Positions 10,201-19,455 are shown, numbered from the stretch's first letter. The stretch: 64,000 nt of DNA from a virus (IMGVR_UViG_3300042389_001478:128498-192497); one strand, 5' to 3'. Notes: generated from the sequence alone by a model not told the origin. A program made the numbers and translations.

Positions 10201-11201
10201 CCATTGTTAGTAGAACCAATAAATGTTGAATTATTAATTATGCCATTTGTATTATTAGATGAATACCAAAAACTACTATCTCCTGAAACTTGTCCCTCGT
10301 TTATTGAGCTTACAGTAAATTCAGAATTATTAAAAACTATACCGCTGTTTATGGCCCAACCAGAAAAAAGAGCATTGCCAGAGACAATCCCACAATTTAT
10401 AGCGCCATCAATAAATGAGCTATTTCCAATAATAGTTCCAGAGTTTATGCTTGACGATCCTGAAAATATTGGACTGCCATATATTTTGCCATAGTTTGTA
10501 GCATCGGTGAAAAATCCCGAATTTAAAGTAAGTGTAGCCATATTAATTGCTCCACTATCAAAAACAAAAGATCCATTGCCGGTACCATTAATTATGCCGC
10601 TGTGGACTATAAAATTCCCATTTAGTGTCGTTTGATCAGTAAGAAATTGACATGAATCTAATATGCCTGAAACAGCTTTAATAGTTGGTATATATTTATT
10701 ATCTGAAGTATCATCAAAGACTTTGATAATAGTTGTATTATTTAAATTAATAAATTGAGATTTTAAATAACAAGTATCAAAAGTAGCAAATTTACTATAT
10801 ATTCCTGTGCCCAAAAGAGAAGAAGAGGACATATCAATAAGTCTTGCTGTTGATCCACTGTTCATAGATAGTTCAGTAAAAGACCATTTGCAGGCTGTGT
10901 TATTTTCCCAATGAGAGCAAGTAATATTTTTAGCAATATTTACTTTCGAGGCCTTTAGATTTTCACAATAAAAATCCGCTCTAGTATTTGGCGCTATCTG
11001 TCCTTCATTAATAATAACATCCAGATCTTTACAGTCCATGTATGAAATTTGTCGAAAACAGCCGTTTTTAACAATATTGTATATATAATGGCTATTTAGT
11101 ATGTTAACATCTTCTGTAGCATTGATAGGCACTCTATTAGCGCGTATGCTCAGCTTTGAATCATAGTACCAAGAATTTCTATCACACCAATCATTTGTCA
11201 T
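7215..11201 (-). CDS. 1328-aa Asn/Gly/Ser-rich repeat protein, probable beta-solenoid virion or surface protein
   Basis: Many copies of FxxxSxNxG-like units with about 16-aa period (e.g. SFIDGAINCGIVSGNA / LFSGWAINSGIVFNNS / EFTVSSINEGQVSGDS). Confidence 0.6.
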   Translation of the reverse strand: MTNDWCDRNSWYYDSKLSIRANRVPINATEDVNILNSHYIYNIVKNGCFRQISYMDCKDLDVIINEGQIAPNTRADFYCENLKASKVNIAKNITCSHWENNTACKWSFTELSMNSGSTARLIDMSSSSLLGTGIYSKFATFDTCYLKSQFINLNNTTIIKVFDDTSDNKYIPTIKAVSGILDSCQFLTDQTTLNGNFIVHSGIINGTGNGSFVFDSGAINMATLTLNSGFFTDATNYGKIYGSPIFSGSSSINSGTIIGNSSFIDGAINCGIVSGNALFSGWAINSGIVFNNSEFTVSSINEGQVSGDSSFWYSSNNTNGIINNSTFIGSTNNGLVTGVSILASGSINNGYLFGPQCSLKSNSINLGYISGNLAELGLGCINFFTILSDVTNFSSNSMHSDGGKCKSSFINFNGNSQNNGTLISTGIISFNQSSINQKDISNYIENSITYINSALVNLNNTAINNGTIYSGILHDNSINNGNISFGKFYGKSINFGKIYETGLFYDSSSNRTTGSGEALFFNQTSSNLTGLFGYARFDNKSQNINGSGGAAQFFGTSINSGSQCNYLSCYDKSINSINSLTFYQASFTGNSINYASETGNCDYNFLGNSINFGVLSQPPSDTAKYKFYNQSINKAYVSKAYFYDSSLNDISSTGIHCSFLNNSNNNGFLETGVFFHSSSNGTNGIIFTTGSFYNGSTNLGTLRRPWKSGNNPDLTFGIRKISLNNNAENKANLINTLIYINDYAINRGNLQWYNLRPSLSIDYPVNFTSSGIFVTGINFLTKEFYSDQILNQYYIGSFYCSITNSNNYFDFSVPPSLYFKDSGINYGNCAGYFRYEFEGRFVNYGSLKTYPPIPNSHTTAIFNGATSGDGSGCVNYGAIQGGASFTKSTNYGSMSFANFNTSFNYGNLTSGPIPSTSIACNGSSVDLPSITEISFINSENNGLLNIYSIFNHSINYSTINNSGMFSNRSINFGPIGSNATFINSDNAGDIGGNLLMNNGTCIGTSIRGNAEFNSSNYFSFAFFDSAVKHPAYVDPHDLTAPEPFDYFESVSDSFDPWIFRISDNIEPEGFKGNIRTGDTISGSGIFNSSNNFGGIIRNNCDFNNSINFGSVFGSAVLHNNSINAVNGSINNVAIFSDSINFGSINNTNISLSSNYFTEHYFIEQDIPDSVPLRTFGAIFYNSINKGNVNTPALFYSSNNFYYINKESVFVDSVNEKPMEQRVNPYNGQTYEAIRTERVIYLPPFPLYPESITAYYYNEYTNTTEKTTRSKSYLLIEELGTINEKTIFVNSNNIGNINSDAILMSGSCNYGIIAGDKITDNTCPDPTYN

Positions 11202-11204
11202 ATT

Positions 11205-12761
11205 TTACTCTCTAAAATATAGTTCAGAGGTTTTATCTAATGATTTCTTATTATTTATTGGCAAAAACTGCTTATAGTTCAATGTTCTTTTTGGAAAACC
11301 TTCTTGAGTTGATATGGCAAAAACCATTCCAAAAGCCCGTTGTCTTTCTGTACACTCAAACGGAGTGCAGCTGGTGTCGTCTCCATCTGGTACACAGCTT
11401 TTATAAATATCGGGAAAGTAGCATGGTGGAGGACAGAATCTTTCTCTACACCCCTTAAAGCTTGGAGTTTGATTAAAAGTTATCATTGATCGTAAATGGC
11501 TTTCGGTTACTAAAAAACTTCCTTTTGGTATTGGTCCCCAAAATGGGTCGCCGCCGCTGTTCCATTCTCCCCAGCTATTTGCTAGTAAATAAACACATTC
11601 TGGATATTGTATTTTAGTATCATCATAACCTATTATAGAATAGGAATGATACCAAATTCTATCAGGATAACTTAGCCCAGTAGAATCACGATAGTCCGGA
11701 AAGCCTACATTTGTCATTAATACTATCCCATATCCATTATAGATCAAGTCTTTAATAATAGCAATATTTTTATTCATAATGTCGTAGTTGATCATCGAAA
11801 TAGTACGACAGCGTTCTATTTTTGCGATTGGATTTGATTGTGGTAAAATAGTGTCGTTTGTATAGTCATATCCATTAATACTTTGAAAATATTGTAAGAA
11901 TAGATCATCTCTACATCCATAAAAATTAGGACCACTATTATCTATAAAGTTACCATACCCACCATAGCTTTTTCTCTTTAAGATTCCTATATGCTTAAGT
12001 TTTTTACCCACAAATCCGCTTGATTGATTGCCGCTAAAATAGTTATCATCCGATGGTATCCAAAATGAAAACTCGTCTCTGTTTGTGATTATCCCCCCGC
12101 AACATTCATTGATGCGTTTTTCACAACTTCCACCGTCGTTACAACATGGATCGTTTTGATCTGGCGGGTCAGAAGTACACTCTCCGCAACTTCTGCATTT
12201 TGGACGCTCTTCACCCGGTAATTTGACGCATCCGTGAGCTGTTCCAGCAGCACCAAAAGGTGGATTAGGTAAGCATGATTTCATGATGCCGCAGCCGGTA
12301 GCTCTAGATTTGGCGGTGGTTTCTGGCACCAAGTCCGGACCCAGAACCATTAAACAATCTACCAATGAGTTTCCTCCGAAATGTTCTAGGGGCTCTGGTG
12401 CTGTTCTGCTTTCCCAAGCCAAATAGTTTTTAGTTATTTCAATATCACAAGCTCTTGTAATATCAACAGCATTTCTAGTGGCGTGAGAAGATCCACTACT
12501 AGTTGCTGGCTGAATTTCCCTAAAAGCCTCAGCGTCTATTCTGCATAAAAATTTATATGGTATCCCAATACGCTGGCTTCCAGTTCCTTTGATAGTAGAA
12601 ATATGAGGAGCAGAGTCAATACAAGGATACTTAAGATGCTCTAGAAACTTAATGAGCCTTGGGAGATTATAGGGAGTTCCAAATCCAATTTCTCCATACT
12701 CGAAATCACTAGTGCATGGTCCTAGCGTATAGGATAGATAAAGTTCTCTGGGAGTAAGCAT
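11205..12761 (-). CDS. Papain-like (C1) pseudo-peptidase with Cys-rich insertions
   Basis: Paralog of 16176..17099; WYHSY and LANSWG retained, but DCVSHG aligns with SGSSHA (catalytic Cys replaced by Gly). Confidence 0.7.
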   Translation of the reverse strand: MLTPRELYLSYTLGPCTSDFEYGEIGFGTPYNLPRLIKFLEHLKYPCIDSAPHISTIKGTGSQRIGIPYKFLCRIDAEAFREIQPATSSGSSHATRNAVDITRACDIEITKNYLAWESRTAPEPLEHFGGNSLVDCLMVLGPDLVPETTAKSRATGCGIMKSCLPNPPFGAAGTAHGCVKLPGEERPKCRSCGECTSDPPDQNDPCCNDGGSCEKRINECCGGIITNRDEFSFWIPSDDNYFSGNQSSGFVGKKLKHIGILKRKSYGGYGNFIDNSGPNFYGCRDDLFLQYFQSINGYDYTNDTILPQSNPIAKIERCRTISMINYDIMNKNIAIIKDLIYNGYGIVLMTNVGFPDYRDSTGLSYPDRIWYHSYSIIGYDDTKIQYPECVYLLANSWGEWNSGGDPFWGPIPKGSFLVTESHLRSMITFNQTPSFKGCRERFCPPPCYFPDIYKSCVPDGDDTSCTPFECTERQRAFGMVFAISTQEGFPKRTLNYKQFLPINNKKSLDKTSELYFRE

Positions 12762-12762
12762 A

Positions 12763-13014
12763 TCATTTTGATGTTACTAATTTATTGTATAACACCAAAG
12801 ATATGACTGCCCCAATCACACCAGCGAATATACCGGCTGGACTTACTGTGCTATATTCACCGATCATATAAAGTAATGCTCCTCCCATATAAGAGCCTGC
12901 TACTCCTAATGCTACGGTTTTGATAAATCCAAAGTTTTCTTCTCCAGGAACTAAGCTTTTGGCGATACTTCCCACAAATAAACCATAAACACCCCACACT
13001 AAAATATTAAACAT
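12763..13014 (-). CDS. GlsB/YeaQ/YmgE-like (transglycosylase-associated) membrane protein
   Basis: Three Gly-rich hydrophobic helices; G.IAK.L.PG, LGVAGSY.GG, GVIGAV pattern. Confidence 0.8.
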   Translation of the reverse strand: MFNILVWGVYGLFVGSIAKSLVPGEENFGFIKTVALGVAGSYMGGALLYMIGEYSTVSPAGIFAGVIGAVISLVLYNKLVTSK

Positions 13015-13402
13015 TGGCTGCCTCCACTAAGGTAATAACTTCATCCTCCGTGAGAATTTCTCCTGTATCTAACAGAGCAGATAGAATTGCAAAAGAATAC
13101 TTATTATAGTCTTCTCTGCTCATCTCTTTTCTTAGAATTTTCTTAATTCTCATTTTTGTAAACCATCCACGTTTTTGGCTAAATGTTTTAACTTGTTCTC
13201 CATATAGATTATACTTATCGGCTTGTGTTGAGGAAGCTGATAATTTATTCTTATTACATTCTTGTAATATTCTTATACAAGTTAGTATTATACTAATAAT
13301 CATCAGAATAGTTACTATTGCAAAGCCGTAATTATCTTCTTTGGGTACGCTGGATTTTTCTAAAACTTTTATTGCTATAGATTTAAGTTTTTCGTTATTC
13401 AT
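13007..13402 (-). CDS. Hypothetical membrane protein
   Basis: One hydrophobic segment; overlaps the neighbouring gene. Confidence 0.6.
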   Translation of the reverse strand: MNNEKLKSIAIKVLEKSSVPKEDNYGFAIVTILMIISIILTCIRILQECNKNKLSASSTQADKYNLYGEQVKTFSQKRGWFTKMRIKKILRKEMSREDYNKYSFAILSALLDTGEILTEDEVITLVEAANV

Positions 13403-13437
13403 GTAGCACCTTTTAAATAGTTAATTTTTAAAAAAGT

Positions 13438-15510
13438 TTAATAGGATAAAATTCTGTTTTCTCTTGTTGCATAGTTTAGTTTCATGTATCTATTTTTGAT
13501 ACTTAGCGTCATATTAGAGGTATATGTAGGTGAATTCCATACTGTATTCCCTAAGGCATATGATCCTCCTATCATATAGGTATATGTTCCATTACAGGTC
13601 CATCTGTATGTAGATCTAACAAAACTGTATGCAGGTTGTAGACTTAAGGACAGTCCGGGCCAAATATCATAATATGAATCAGGCCATGGATCAATATCTT
13701 TCCATAATTTTAAATTAATATTATGCAAACTATTGGGGGGATAAGAATAATAAGATAATCCTTGTGTAGGTAGATCGAATGCGAATTCTGCTTCTACGGC
13801 TTTTTCTGTTTGATCCGGTATGGATATTGGCCAAAATCCAAATGGATTCTCGTCGTAGTAGACCTGCAAATTAAGAGTAGCCGGTGAAAGATGAGTAACA
13901 TAGCAAGAATTCCAGGTGATAGTATTTCCATTAATTTCTGTTGGCCTGCCTGATGTATTAACAGTAGATGGGGTGGTATTAATAATATCTATAGAAAGTA
14001 TACAATATTCTATTAAAAATCCTCTTTTTAAATAATTAGGCACAGATGGGTATTTACTAGACTTAGTAGGGATATTTGGATTTATATAAGGATCAAAATA
14101 AGTTTTTGTATCGTCTATTGTCATATTTGCATCTGCATATATAGAACGATCTAAAGTTGATATAGTATAAGCATATGGCCAATTAGGAGATATATCAACT
14201 GTTATTCCTGTGCCTGGGATCATATTTAGTCCAGTCGTAGAAATAATACCACTTATATATTTACCTCCAGTACCACCATATGTATTAGAAGCTGGTGTGC
14301 CTGTGGCGAATTGAATTTCCATATTATTGCCAACAATAGCATTTAATCCAGTATTATATATAATACCACTACTAGGCCACGAATTATCAAAATTTAATAC
14401 AATATTATTTTCTGTTCTAGAATTCAACCCTGTGGTAGAAATAATGCCGCTCAGATATTTACCTCCAACGCCACGGAATTTATTCGCTGCCGGAGTACCC
14501 GTAGCAAACTGAATTTCCATGTTGTTGCCTATAATTGCATTTAGTCCAGTATTATAAATAATACCGCTATTGGGCCAACTGCTTTCAAAATCTCGCACAA
14601 TTAAGTTTTCGGATCGTGCATTTAGGCCGGTTGTAGAAATAATACCACTTTGATATTTACCTGCTGTGCCGCCATAAAGATTGGAGGCAGGAGTACCTGA
14701 AGTAAATTGTATCTCAATGTTATTGCCAATTATGGCATTTAATCCAGTATTATAGACTACACCACTATATGGCCATGAATTTTCAAAGTCACGAACTATT
14801 AGATTTTCAGTACGAGTATTTAGGCCAGTTGTAGAAATAATTCCACTCTTATATTTGCCTGCAGTTCCTCCATAAAGGTTAGAAGCTGGAGTTCCTGTGG
14901 CAAACTGAATTTCCATGTTGTTTCCGATAATGGCATTTAGCCCAGTGTTGTAAATCACCCCACTATTAGGCCAGCTACTTTCAAAATCTCGTACGATTAA
15001 ATTTTCTGTTCTAGCGTTAAGTCCAGTTGTAGAGATAATTCCACTATAGTATTTATATCCAACTCCTCCAAACTTATTCGCCGCTGGAGTTCCAGCAGAA
15101 AATTGAATTTCCATATTGTTGCCGATAACGGCGTTTAGCCCAGTAGTATAAATAACTCCACTATATGGCCATTGAGCTTGATAATCAATAGCTATAAGAT
15201 TTGCTGTTTGACTATTTAGTCCTGTAGTAGATATGGTCTCATCATACGGATAAATTGTGCCATAAGTAAGATCTATTAAATTTCCTTCTTTGCTGCTTGA
15301 ATATAGAGTAATTCCATTTCTAGTTCCGCTCGATACTCCAATTCCAGATACTCCTTCTATTTTCACTAAATATTTGCGTAAACTTTGTATAGATGTTTCT
15401 TTTGAAACTAATATCGATCCATCTTTATTGTATCCGGTTACTACATATATTAAATCATCGTCTAATATAGCAAACTCAGGAGGAAGAGATAGGGGGATAT
15501 CGGATGGCAT
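13438..15510 (-). CDS. Tandem-repeat protein, probable virion fibre or appendage
   Basis: Five 66-aa tandem repeats followed by a non-repetitive C-terminal domain. Confidence 0.65.
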   Translation of the reverse strand: MPSDIPLSLPPEFAILDDDLIYVVTGYNKDGSILVSKETSIQSLRKYLVKIEGVSGIGVSSGTRNGITLYSSSKEGNLIDLTYGTIYPYDETISTTGLNSQTANLIAIDYQAQWPYSGVIYTTGLNAVIGNNMEIQFSAGTPAANKFGGVGYKYYSGIISTTGLNARTENLIVRDFESSWPNSGVIYNTGLNAIIGNNMEIQFATGTPASNLYGGTAGKYKSGIISTTGLNTRTENLIVRDFENSWPYSGVVYNTGLNAIIGNNIEIQFTSGTPASNLYGGTAGKYQSGIISTTGLNARSENLIVRDFESSWPNSGIIYNTGLNAIIGNNMEIQFATGTPAANKFRGVGGKYLSGIISTTGLNSRTENNIVLNFDNSWPSSGIIYNTGLNAIVGNNMEIQFATGTPASNTYGGTGGKYISGIISTTGLNMIPGTGITVDISPNWPYAYTISTLDRSIYADANMTIDDTKTYFDPYINPNIPTKSSKYPSVPNYLKRGFLIEYCILSIDIINTTPSTVNTSGRPTEINGNTITWNSCYVTHLSPATLNLQVYYDENPFGFWPISIPDQTEKAVEAEFAFDLPTQGLSYYSYPPNSLHNINLKLWKDIDPWPDSYYDIWPGLSLSLQPAYSFVRSTYRWTCNGTYTYMIGGSYALGNTVWNSPTYTSNMTLSIKNRYMKLNYATRENRILSY
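14224..15243 (-). repeat. Five full plus one partial 198-nt (66-aa) coding tandem repeats
   Basis: Unit SGIISTTGLNARTENLIVRDFESSWPNSGVIYNTGLNAIIGNNMEIQFATGTPASNLYGGTAGKYK, counted from residue 90 to 429. Confidence 0.95.
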
Positions 15511-15524
15511 ATCGATTATTCCCT

Positions 15525-15872
15525 CTAATTAGGTCGGCATTTGCCGTTTTGACAACGAGGGACAGTAATAGTTTTTTGTGCTTCGGCTGGTAACTTGGGA
15601 CTAATAGAGGTTATTGGTCCAATAGAGACTAAACCCTTATCTGGTTCACAATATGTGCACTCTATTTTTAGAATACCGTCCCCACTCATATACCATCCTT
15701 TCCCCTTACAGACTGGACAGTCTTTTCTTTTATGTTTTTGTGATACTTCCTGTACATGCTTGGCTTTAATAATGCCGCCAACAAGAGTTACTGGAGCCGT
15801 TGTTGAGCCATAGTAATTAGATTGAGAAAATAATAAACCCACACAAAATAAACTGATAAATAGTTTATTCAT
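15525..15872 (-). CDS. Secreted Cys-motif protein
   Basis: Signal-peptide-like N-terminus; CPVCKGKG...CTYC and terminal CQNGKC. Confidence 0.6.
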   Translation of the reverse strand: MNKLFISLFCVGLLFSQSNYYGSTTAPVTLVGGIIKAKHVQEVSQKHKRKDCPVCKGKGWYMSGDGILKIECTYCEPDKGLVSIGPITSISPKLPAEAQKTITVPRCQNGKCRPN

Positions 15873-16093
15873 TTTTTATCTCTCCATGGAAGAGGTATAA
15901 TATTGTCGATAGTATCCACTACTCTTTTAAGAGGTCTTGGTTTATTGGGCTTTACTGGAGAGTCTGGATTGTCAACTTTGGGTTTGGGTCCAAACTTTTC
16001 TTGAGCCTTTATGAAAAGCAGGGAAATTGTTTCAATAAGACCAATGATCATATTGATAACAGCTCTTAACTCTAATCTTTCTCTTAAATTCAT
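15869..16093 (-). CDS. Hypothetical protein
   Basis: Hydrophobic N-terminus, Pro-rich tail; overlaps the next gene. Confidence 0.55.
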   Translation of the reverse strand: MNLRERLELRAVINMIIGLIETISLLFIKAQEKFGPKPKVDNPDSPVKPNKPRPLKRVVDTIDNIIPLPWRDKK

Positions 16094-16129
16094 AAAATTA
16101 TTCCTGGTAGGAATTTAGGGATATAAATA

Positions 16130-16137
16130 TATACACC
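16130..16137 (-). promoter_or_regulatory. GGTGTATA motif
   Basis: Exact intergenic copy. Confidence 0.62.
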
Positions 16138-16175
16138 TAATAGAGATGATCAGTTAAAATAGCTAATCGGTAATT

Positions 16176-17099
16176 TTAGAGATAGTCTTCAAAGCCATAA
16201 CTTGGTAGTTTTTGAAGGGGGAATCCATCAAAACCACTAAAGGCATATGATCCATTTTGACTCAACATGCCCTGAGCAATATCGGCATTTATCAAGAAAG
16301 ATCCATCTGGAATTGGGCCCCATTCTGGATGACCTCCATCGTTCCATTTGCCCCAACTATTTTGAACTAGAAATGCTGGTTCGCCATTAGTATCATCACA
16401 AGCTATCCAAGCCATGCAATGACCCCAAGATCCTGACTGTTTAGCAAATCCTTTTTTGTCTCTGGTATTGCTAAAGCCATAATTAGAACAGACTGCTAAA
16501 CCATATCCATTACCTAGAGCGTCTCTAGCTTCTTCTACTGTTCTAATCAATGAAGCAGTCCTAATTTGGTGGTCGTTGGCAAGGTCTAATACTTTATCGG
16601 GGAGTCCTCTGCCGCCCCAGCCTGCTCCTAAATTGCCATTGTATTTACTAAAGTCTACAAAACCATAATTTTTTCTTACCACAAGACCGCCAACCTTGCT
16701 TACAAATTCAGCCGCTCTTGCACAACTCATACCTTGTCCGCTGAATCCTCTGTATCCATAAATAGCCTCTGTTGCGCCCTTTGCTATCCAATCCTCTCTC
16801 TCATTTCCTATATCTATTTCTACCGCTCGTGAAACATCGCAAGCATTTCGTGTTCCATGGCTCACACAATCCCCGGTGGTTTGTCTTTCATTATAAGGAT
16901 TTTTATCAAATTTTAACACACTTTTATATGGTGTTGATAGTTTACCCTTACCACTGCCACTAATTTTTTTACTAGCATCACCAAACAATGGATACTTGGA
17001 GGTTTCCATTAAATTATCGTAAACATGCTGTTCCCACAAGCATCCACTAAATCCCTTGCGATAATTATCATATAGTTCTTTAGGAGAGAGTCTTGGCAT
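16176..17099 (-). CDS. Papain-like (C1) cysteine peptidase, intact catalytic residues
   Basis: Q..GDCVSHG, WGHCM, VQNSWG. Confidence 0.85.
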   Translation of the reverse strand: MPRLSPKELYDNYRKGFSGCLWEQHVYDNLMETSKYPLFGDASKKISGSGKGKLSTPYKSVLKFDKNPYNERQTTGDCVSHGTRNACDVSRAVEIDIGNEREDWIAKGATEAIYGYRGFSGQGMSCARAAEFVSKVGGLVVRKNYGFVDFSKYNGNLGAGWGGRGLPDKVLDLANDHQIRTASLIRTVEEARDALGNGYGLAVCSNYGFSNTRDKKGFAKQSGSWGHCMAWIACDDTNGEPAFLVQNSWGKWNDGGHPEWGPIPDGSFLINADIAQGMLSQNGSYAFSGFDGFPLQKLPSYGFEDYL

Positions 17100-17104
17100 T
17101 TGTG

Positions 17105-17788
17105 TTACCCTTTTGATAAAATTTTATTGCCTTTTTTAATATTGTCTATTGCCCACAATGGCTGTAGATTGGTATAATGAAAACAAATTTGTTGTTGGGT
17201 CTGATCAGTTAAATCAAAAGTGGAACAAGGAATAATATGATCTACATGCCATCCATCCTGACCATAATTATCCCAAGTCATGCCTTCTAAAAATTTACTT
17301 TCTATATATGTTCTTAGAAACTGAGCCGAACAACCTAACAAATCCAGTGTTTTATCTGTTTTGTGCGTTTTTAATATGCCACTAATTCGTGTTCTTTGGT
17401 TTGTGATTAATCTATACGAGTGATCTATTTTCCTTCTAAATTTTTCTCGATTTCTTCTATAAGCATTAATTTTATCTTTATTATTAATCTTGTATTTTTT
17501 AGCTGTTACTAAAATTTTATCTTTATTTTTTATTTTATATAGATTGCTTTTTTCTCTCATCTTTTCAAGATTATTCTGATAATAAATTTTAGCTTTTGCC
17601 GCTCTTGTTATTGAGTTTTGTTTTCTCTGCTTGGATATACGGTCTTTATTCTTCTCTCTATATATTTTATTAGCATCTTTTACACAGCTTTTACAATCCC
17701 ATCGTTTACCATCTAAGGCTTTAGTAGCCGTTGAAAAATCTTCTAATGGTTTTGATTCTTTACATTTAGAACAAACTTTTAACAACAC
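17105..17788 (-). CDS. HNH homing endonuclease-like protein
   Basis: N-terminal CSKC...CKSC; basic repeats; WHVDHIIPC...CFHYTNLQPLW..DN. Confidence 0.8.
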   Translation of the reverse strand: MLLKVCSKCKESKPLEDFSTATKALDGKRWDCKSCVKDANKIYREKNKDRISKQRKQNSITRAAKAKIYYQNNLEKMREKSNLYKIKNKDKILVTAKKYKINNKDKINAYRRNREKFRRKIDHSYRLITNQRTRISGILKTHKTDKTLDLLGCSAQFLRTYIESKFLEGMTWDNYGQDGWHVDHIIPCSTFDLTDQTQQQICFHYTNLQPLWAIDNIKKGNKILSKG

Positions 17789-18279
17789 TATTTACTTCCT
17801 AAATTACAAGCCCAAGCTAAAGCATTAAGACCTTCTACGGCTTTAGCTCTTAGCTCTTTGGATAAAAGAATTTGGTCGTCACCGATAGCTGATACTACCA
17901 CTTCTTTAGTTTCTTTTGCCAGATTAGGATACTTTCCCTTAATATCTAGTCTAAGCATAACTCCAGTTAAGCTATTTGCTTGACGAATTTCTTCAGTACT
18001 TTTAATAACCTCATCTTGTCCATCAAGCTCAACAAGCTTTGCTAGATCAATATATAAGTCTCTTAATCTTTTAGCGTCTGTTTTAGCTCCAGCTTCTTTT
18101 AGAAGAGCAACAACATCATCTGCTTCTTTTTTAACAGCTTCGTCTGTTGGTGCTGATAATTCTAAAACATCTACTGTTACTGGTTTGTTTGGAACAAGAA
18201 TATTTGCGAACTGAGGTTTAAGCAAACCAATAATAATCAATAAAGTAGCTAGTCCTAGTAGTACATTTTTTTGACTCAT
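17788..18279 (-). CDS. Hypothetical protein with N-terminal membrane anchor
   Basis: Hydrophobic N-terminus, helical remainder. Confidence 0.6.
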   Translation of the reverse strand: MSQKNVLLGLATLLIIIGLLKPQFANILVPNKPVTVDVLELSAPTDEAVKKEADDVVALLKEAGAKTDAKRLRDLYIDLAKLVELDGQDEVIKSTEEIRQANSLTGVMLRLDIKGKYPNLAKETKEVVVSAIGDDQILLSKELRAKAVEGLNALAWACNLGSK

Positions 18280-18662
18280 GATACCTTATCCTCATTTTTT
18301 TGGCATACGTTGGGGCTTAAAAATGGAAACATTTGATCAGCAACCTTAACCGCTTCAGCACAACCGCTCTGAACAGCTAAGTCACGAGTTTGTTTCCACG
18401 AAACTACTAATTTAAAAAAGATATCTTCAGCATCGGTTCTCTTGGGAACAACCACTGGGGATACTGACGGCACCGTAACTACTGGTAAGGCAGAACCACC
18501 GGCGCCCTTGATCTTATCGACTAAGCCCACAAGGAGTTTTTGTACTGGACTAAGCTTATCCTTAAACAAAACCCATAGTACAAGACCAACACCGGCATAA
18601 AGAGCCAAATCCGTTGTGCTCAATTTACTACTAAATTCTTGGAAGCTCTCTGTAAAATTCAT
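18276..18662 (-). CDS. Hypothetical membrane protein
   Basis: ALYAGVGLVLWVLF hydrophobic segment. Confidence 0.6.
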   Translation of the reverse strand: MNFTESFQEFSSKLSTTDLALYAGVGLVLWVLFKDKLSPVQKLLVGLVDKIKGAGGSALPVVTVPSVSPVVVPKRTDAEDIFFKLVVSWKQTRDLAVQSGCAEAVKVADQMFPFLSPNVCQKNEDKVS

Positions 18663-18676
18663 TTTATTTTCCTCGT

Positions 18677-19108
18677 TTATTTATCTGAAACTTTTGGAGT
18701 ATTATCAACGACAGGATCGAGTTTGGCGCTTGGATCGACAAAAATTCCACTATTTCTAAAAGTGGTAACCAAAGCATCAATTGTTGCGCTAATCAATAAC
18801 ATGAAAATTTGTTTCACGTACTTCTGTATAATAGGCTGTAGAATCTGTGGCACAAATGGAAAATTTATTATTGTAAATACTTGGTCGTAAAAGTTAGAGA
18901 TCATAGTCATAGCCAACGTTTTTTTGTCAGCCCCTTTAAGAGAGGGACTATTATCTTCTATACTCTGAATCACTTCTGCTGTAGCTAGTTGCAAAACTTT
19001 CCACGCTTGCGGGATTGCTACTGCTTTGGCGTTTTTAAGGACTTCCTTAGCTTTAACTACTAAATTACCAAGATCATTTACTGACAGGCTTTGGTTTTGT
19101 GTTGACAT
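18677..19108 (-). CDS. Hypothetical protein
   Basis: 143-aa ORF in a tightly packed operon. Confidence 0.6.
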   Translation of the reverse strand: MSTQNQSLSVNDLGNLVVKAKEVLKNAKAVAIPQAWKVLQLATAEVIQSIEDNSPSLKGADKKTLAMTMISNFYDQVFTIINFPFVPQILQPIIQKYVKQIFMLLISATIDALVTTFRNSGIFVDPSAKLDPVVDNTPKVSDK

Positions 19109-19406
19109 TTTTCTTTCTCTTTTTTCTTAATGGTTCAGCGTTCTTTTTATTGGCTTCTTTTCTCTCTTCTGGAGTTGCCGTATCCCACCAGGTTTTCTTA
19201 AGGTTTGTTCTTCCATTAATATATTTAAATAATACTGTTAGTTGTCCAATAATGAGTATCGTTGCTTCTACTCCTCTGGTAGTTTCTTGAATTAGATCTT
19301 CTTTTTGGGCATTCTCGCCTATAAGACCAACAAGATATAGTCCACTAAAAATGAAGCTTACAGCGGTAAACCAAAATTCTGAACTTTTCCAACCGGGTTT
19401 GATCAT
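19074..19406 (-). CDS. Holin-like membrane protein
   Basis: KSSEFW followed by two hydrophobic helices and a basic C-terminal tail. Confidence 0.5.
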   Translation of the reverse strand: MIKPGWKSSEFWFTAVSFIFSGLYLVGLIGENAQKEDLIQETTRGVEATILIIGQLTVLFKYINGRTNLKKTWWDTATPEERKEANKKNAEPLRKKRKKNVNTKPKPVSK

Positions 19407-19447
19407 AATAGTTTATCTCCTATTTTAAAGACTGCTATTATATACTA

Positions 19448-19455
19448 TATACACC
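19448..19455 (-). promoter_or_regulatory. GGTGTATA motif
   Basis: Exact intergenic copy. Confidence 0.62.

Noticed and set aside
14224-15243. Regular DNA repeats resembling a CRISPR array
   Set aside because: They are 198-nt in-frame coding repeats with synonymous divergence and no unique spacers; no cas genes are present.
13438-15510. Diversity-generating retroelement acting on the fibre-like gene
   Set aside because: No reverse transcriptase and no template/variable repeat pair with adenine-specific mismatches were seen in the window.
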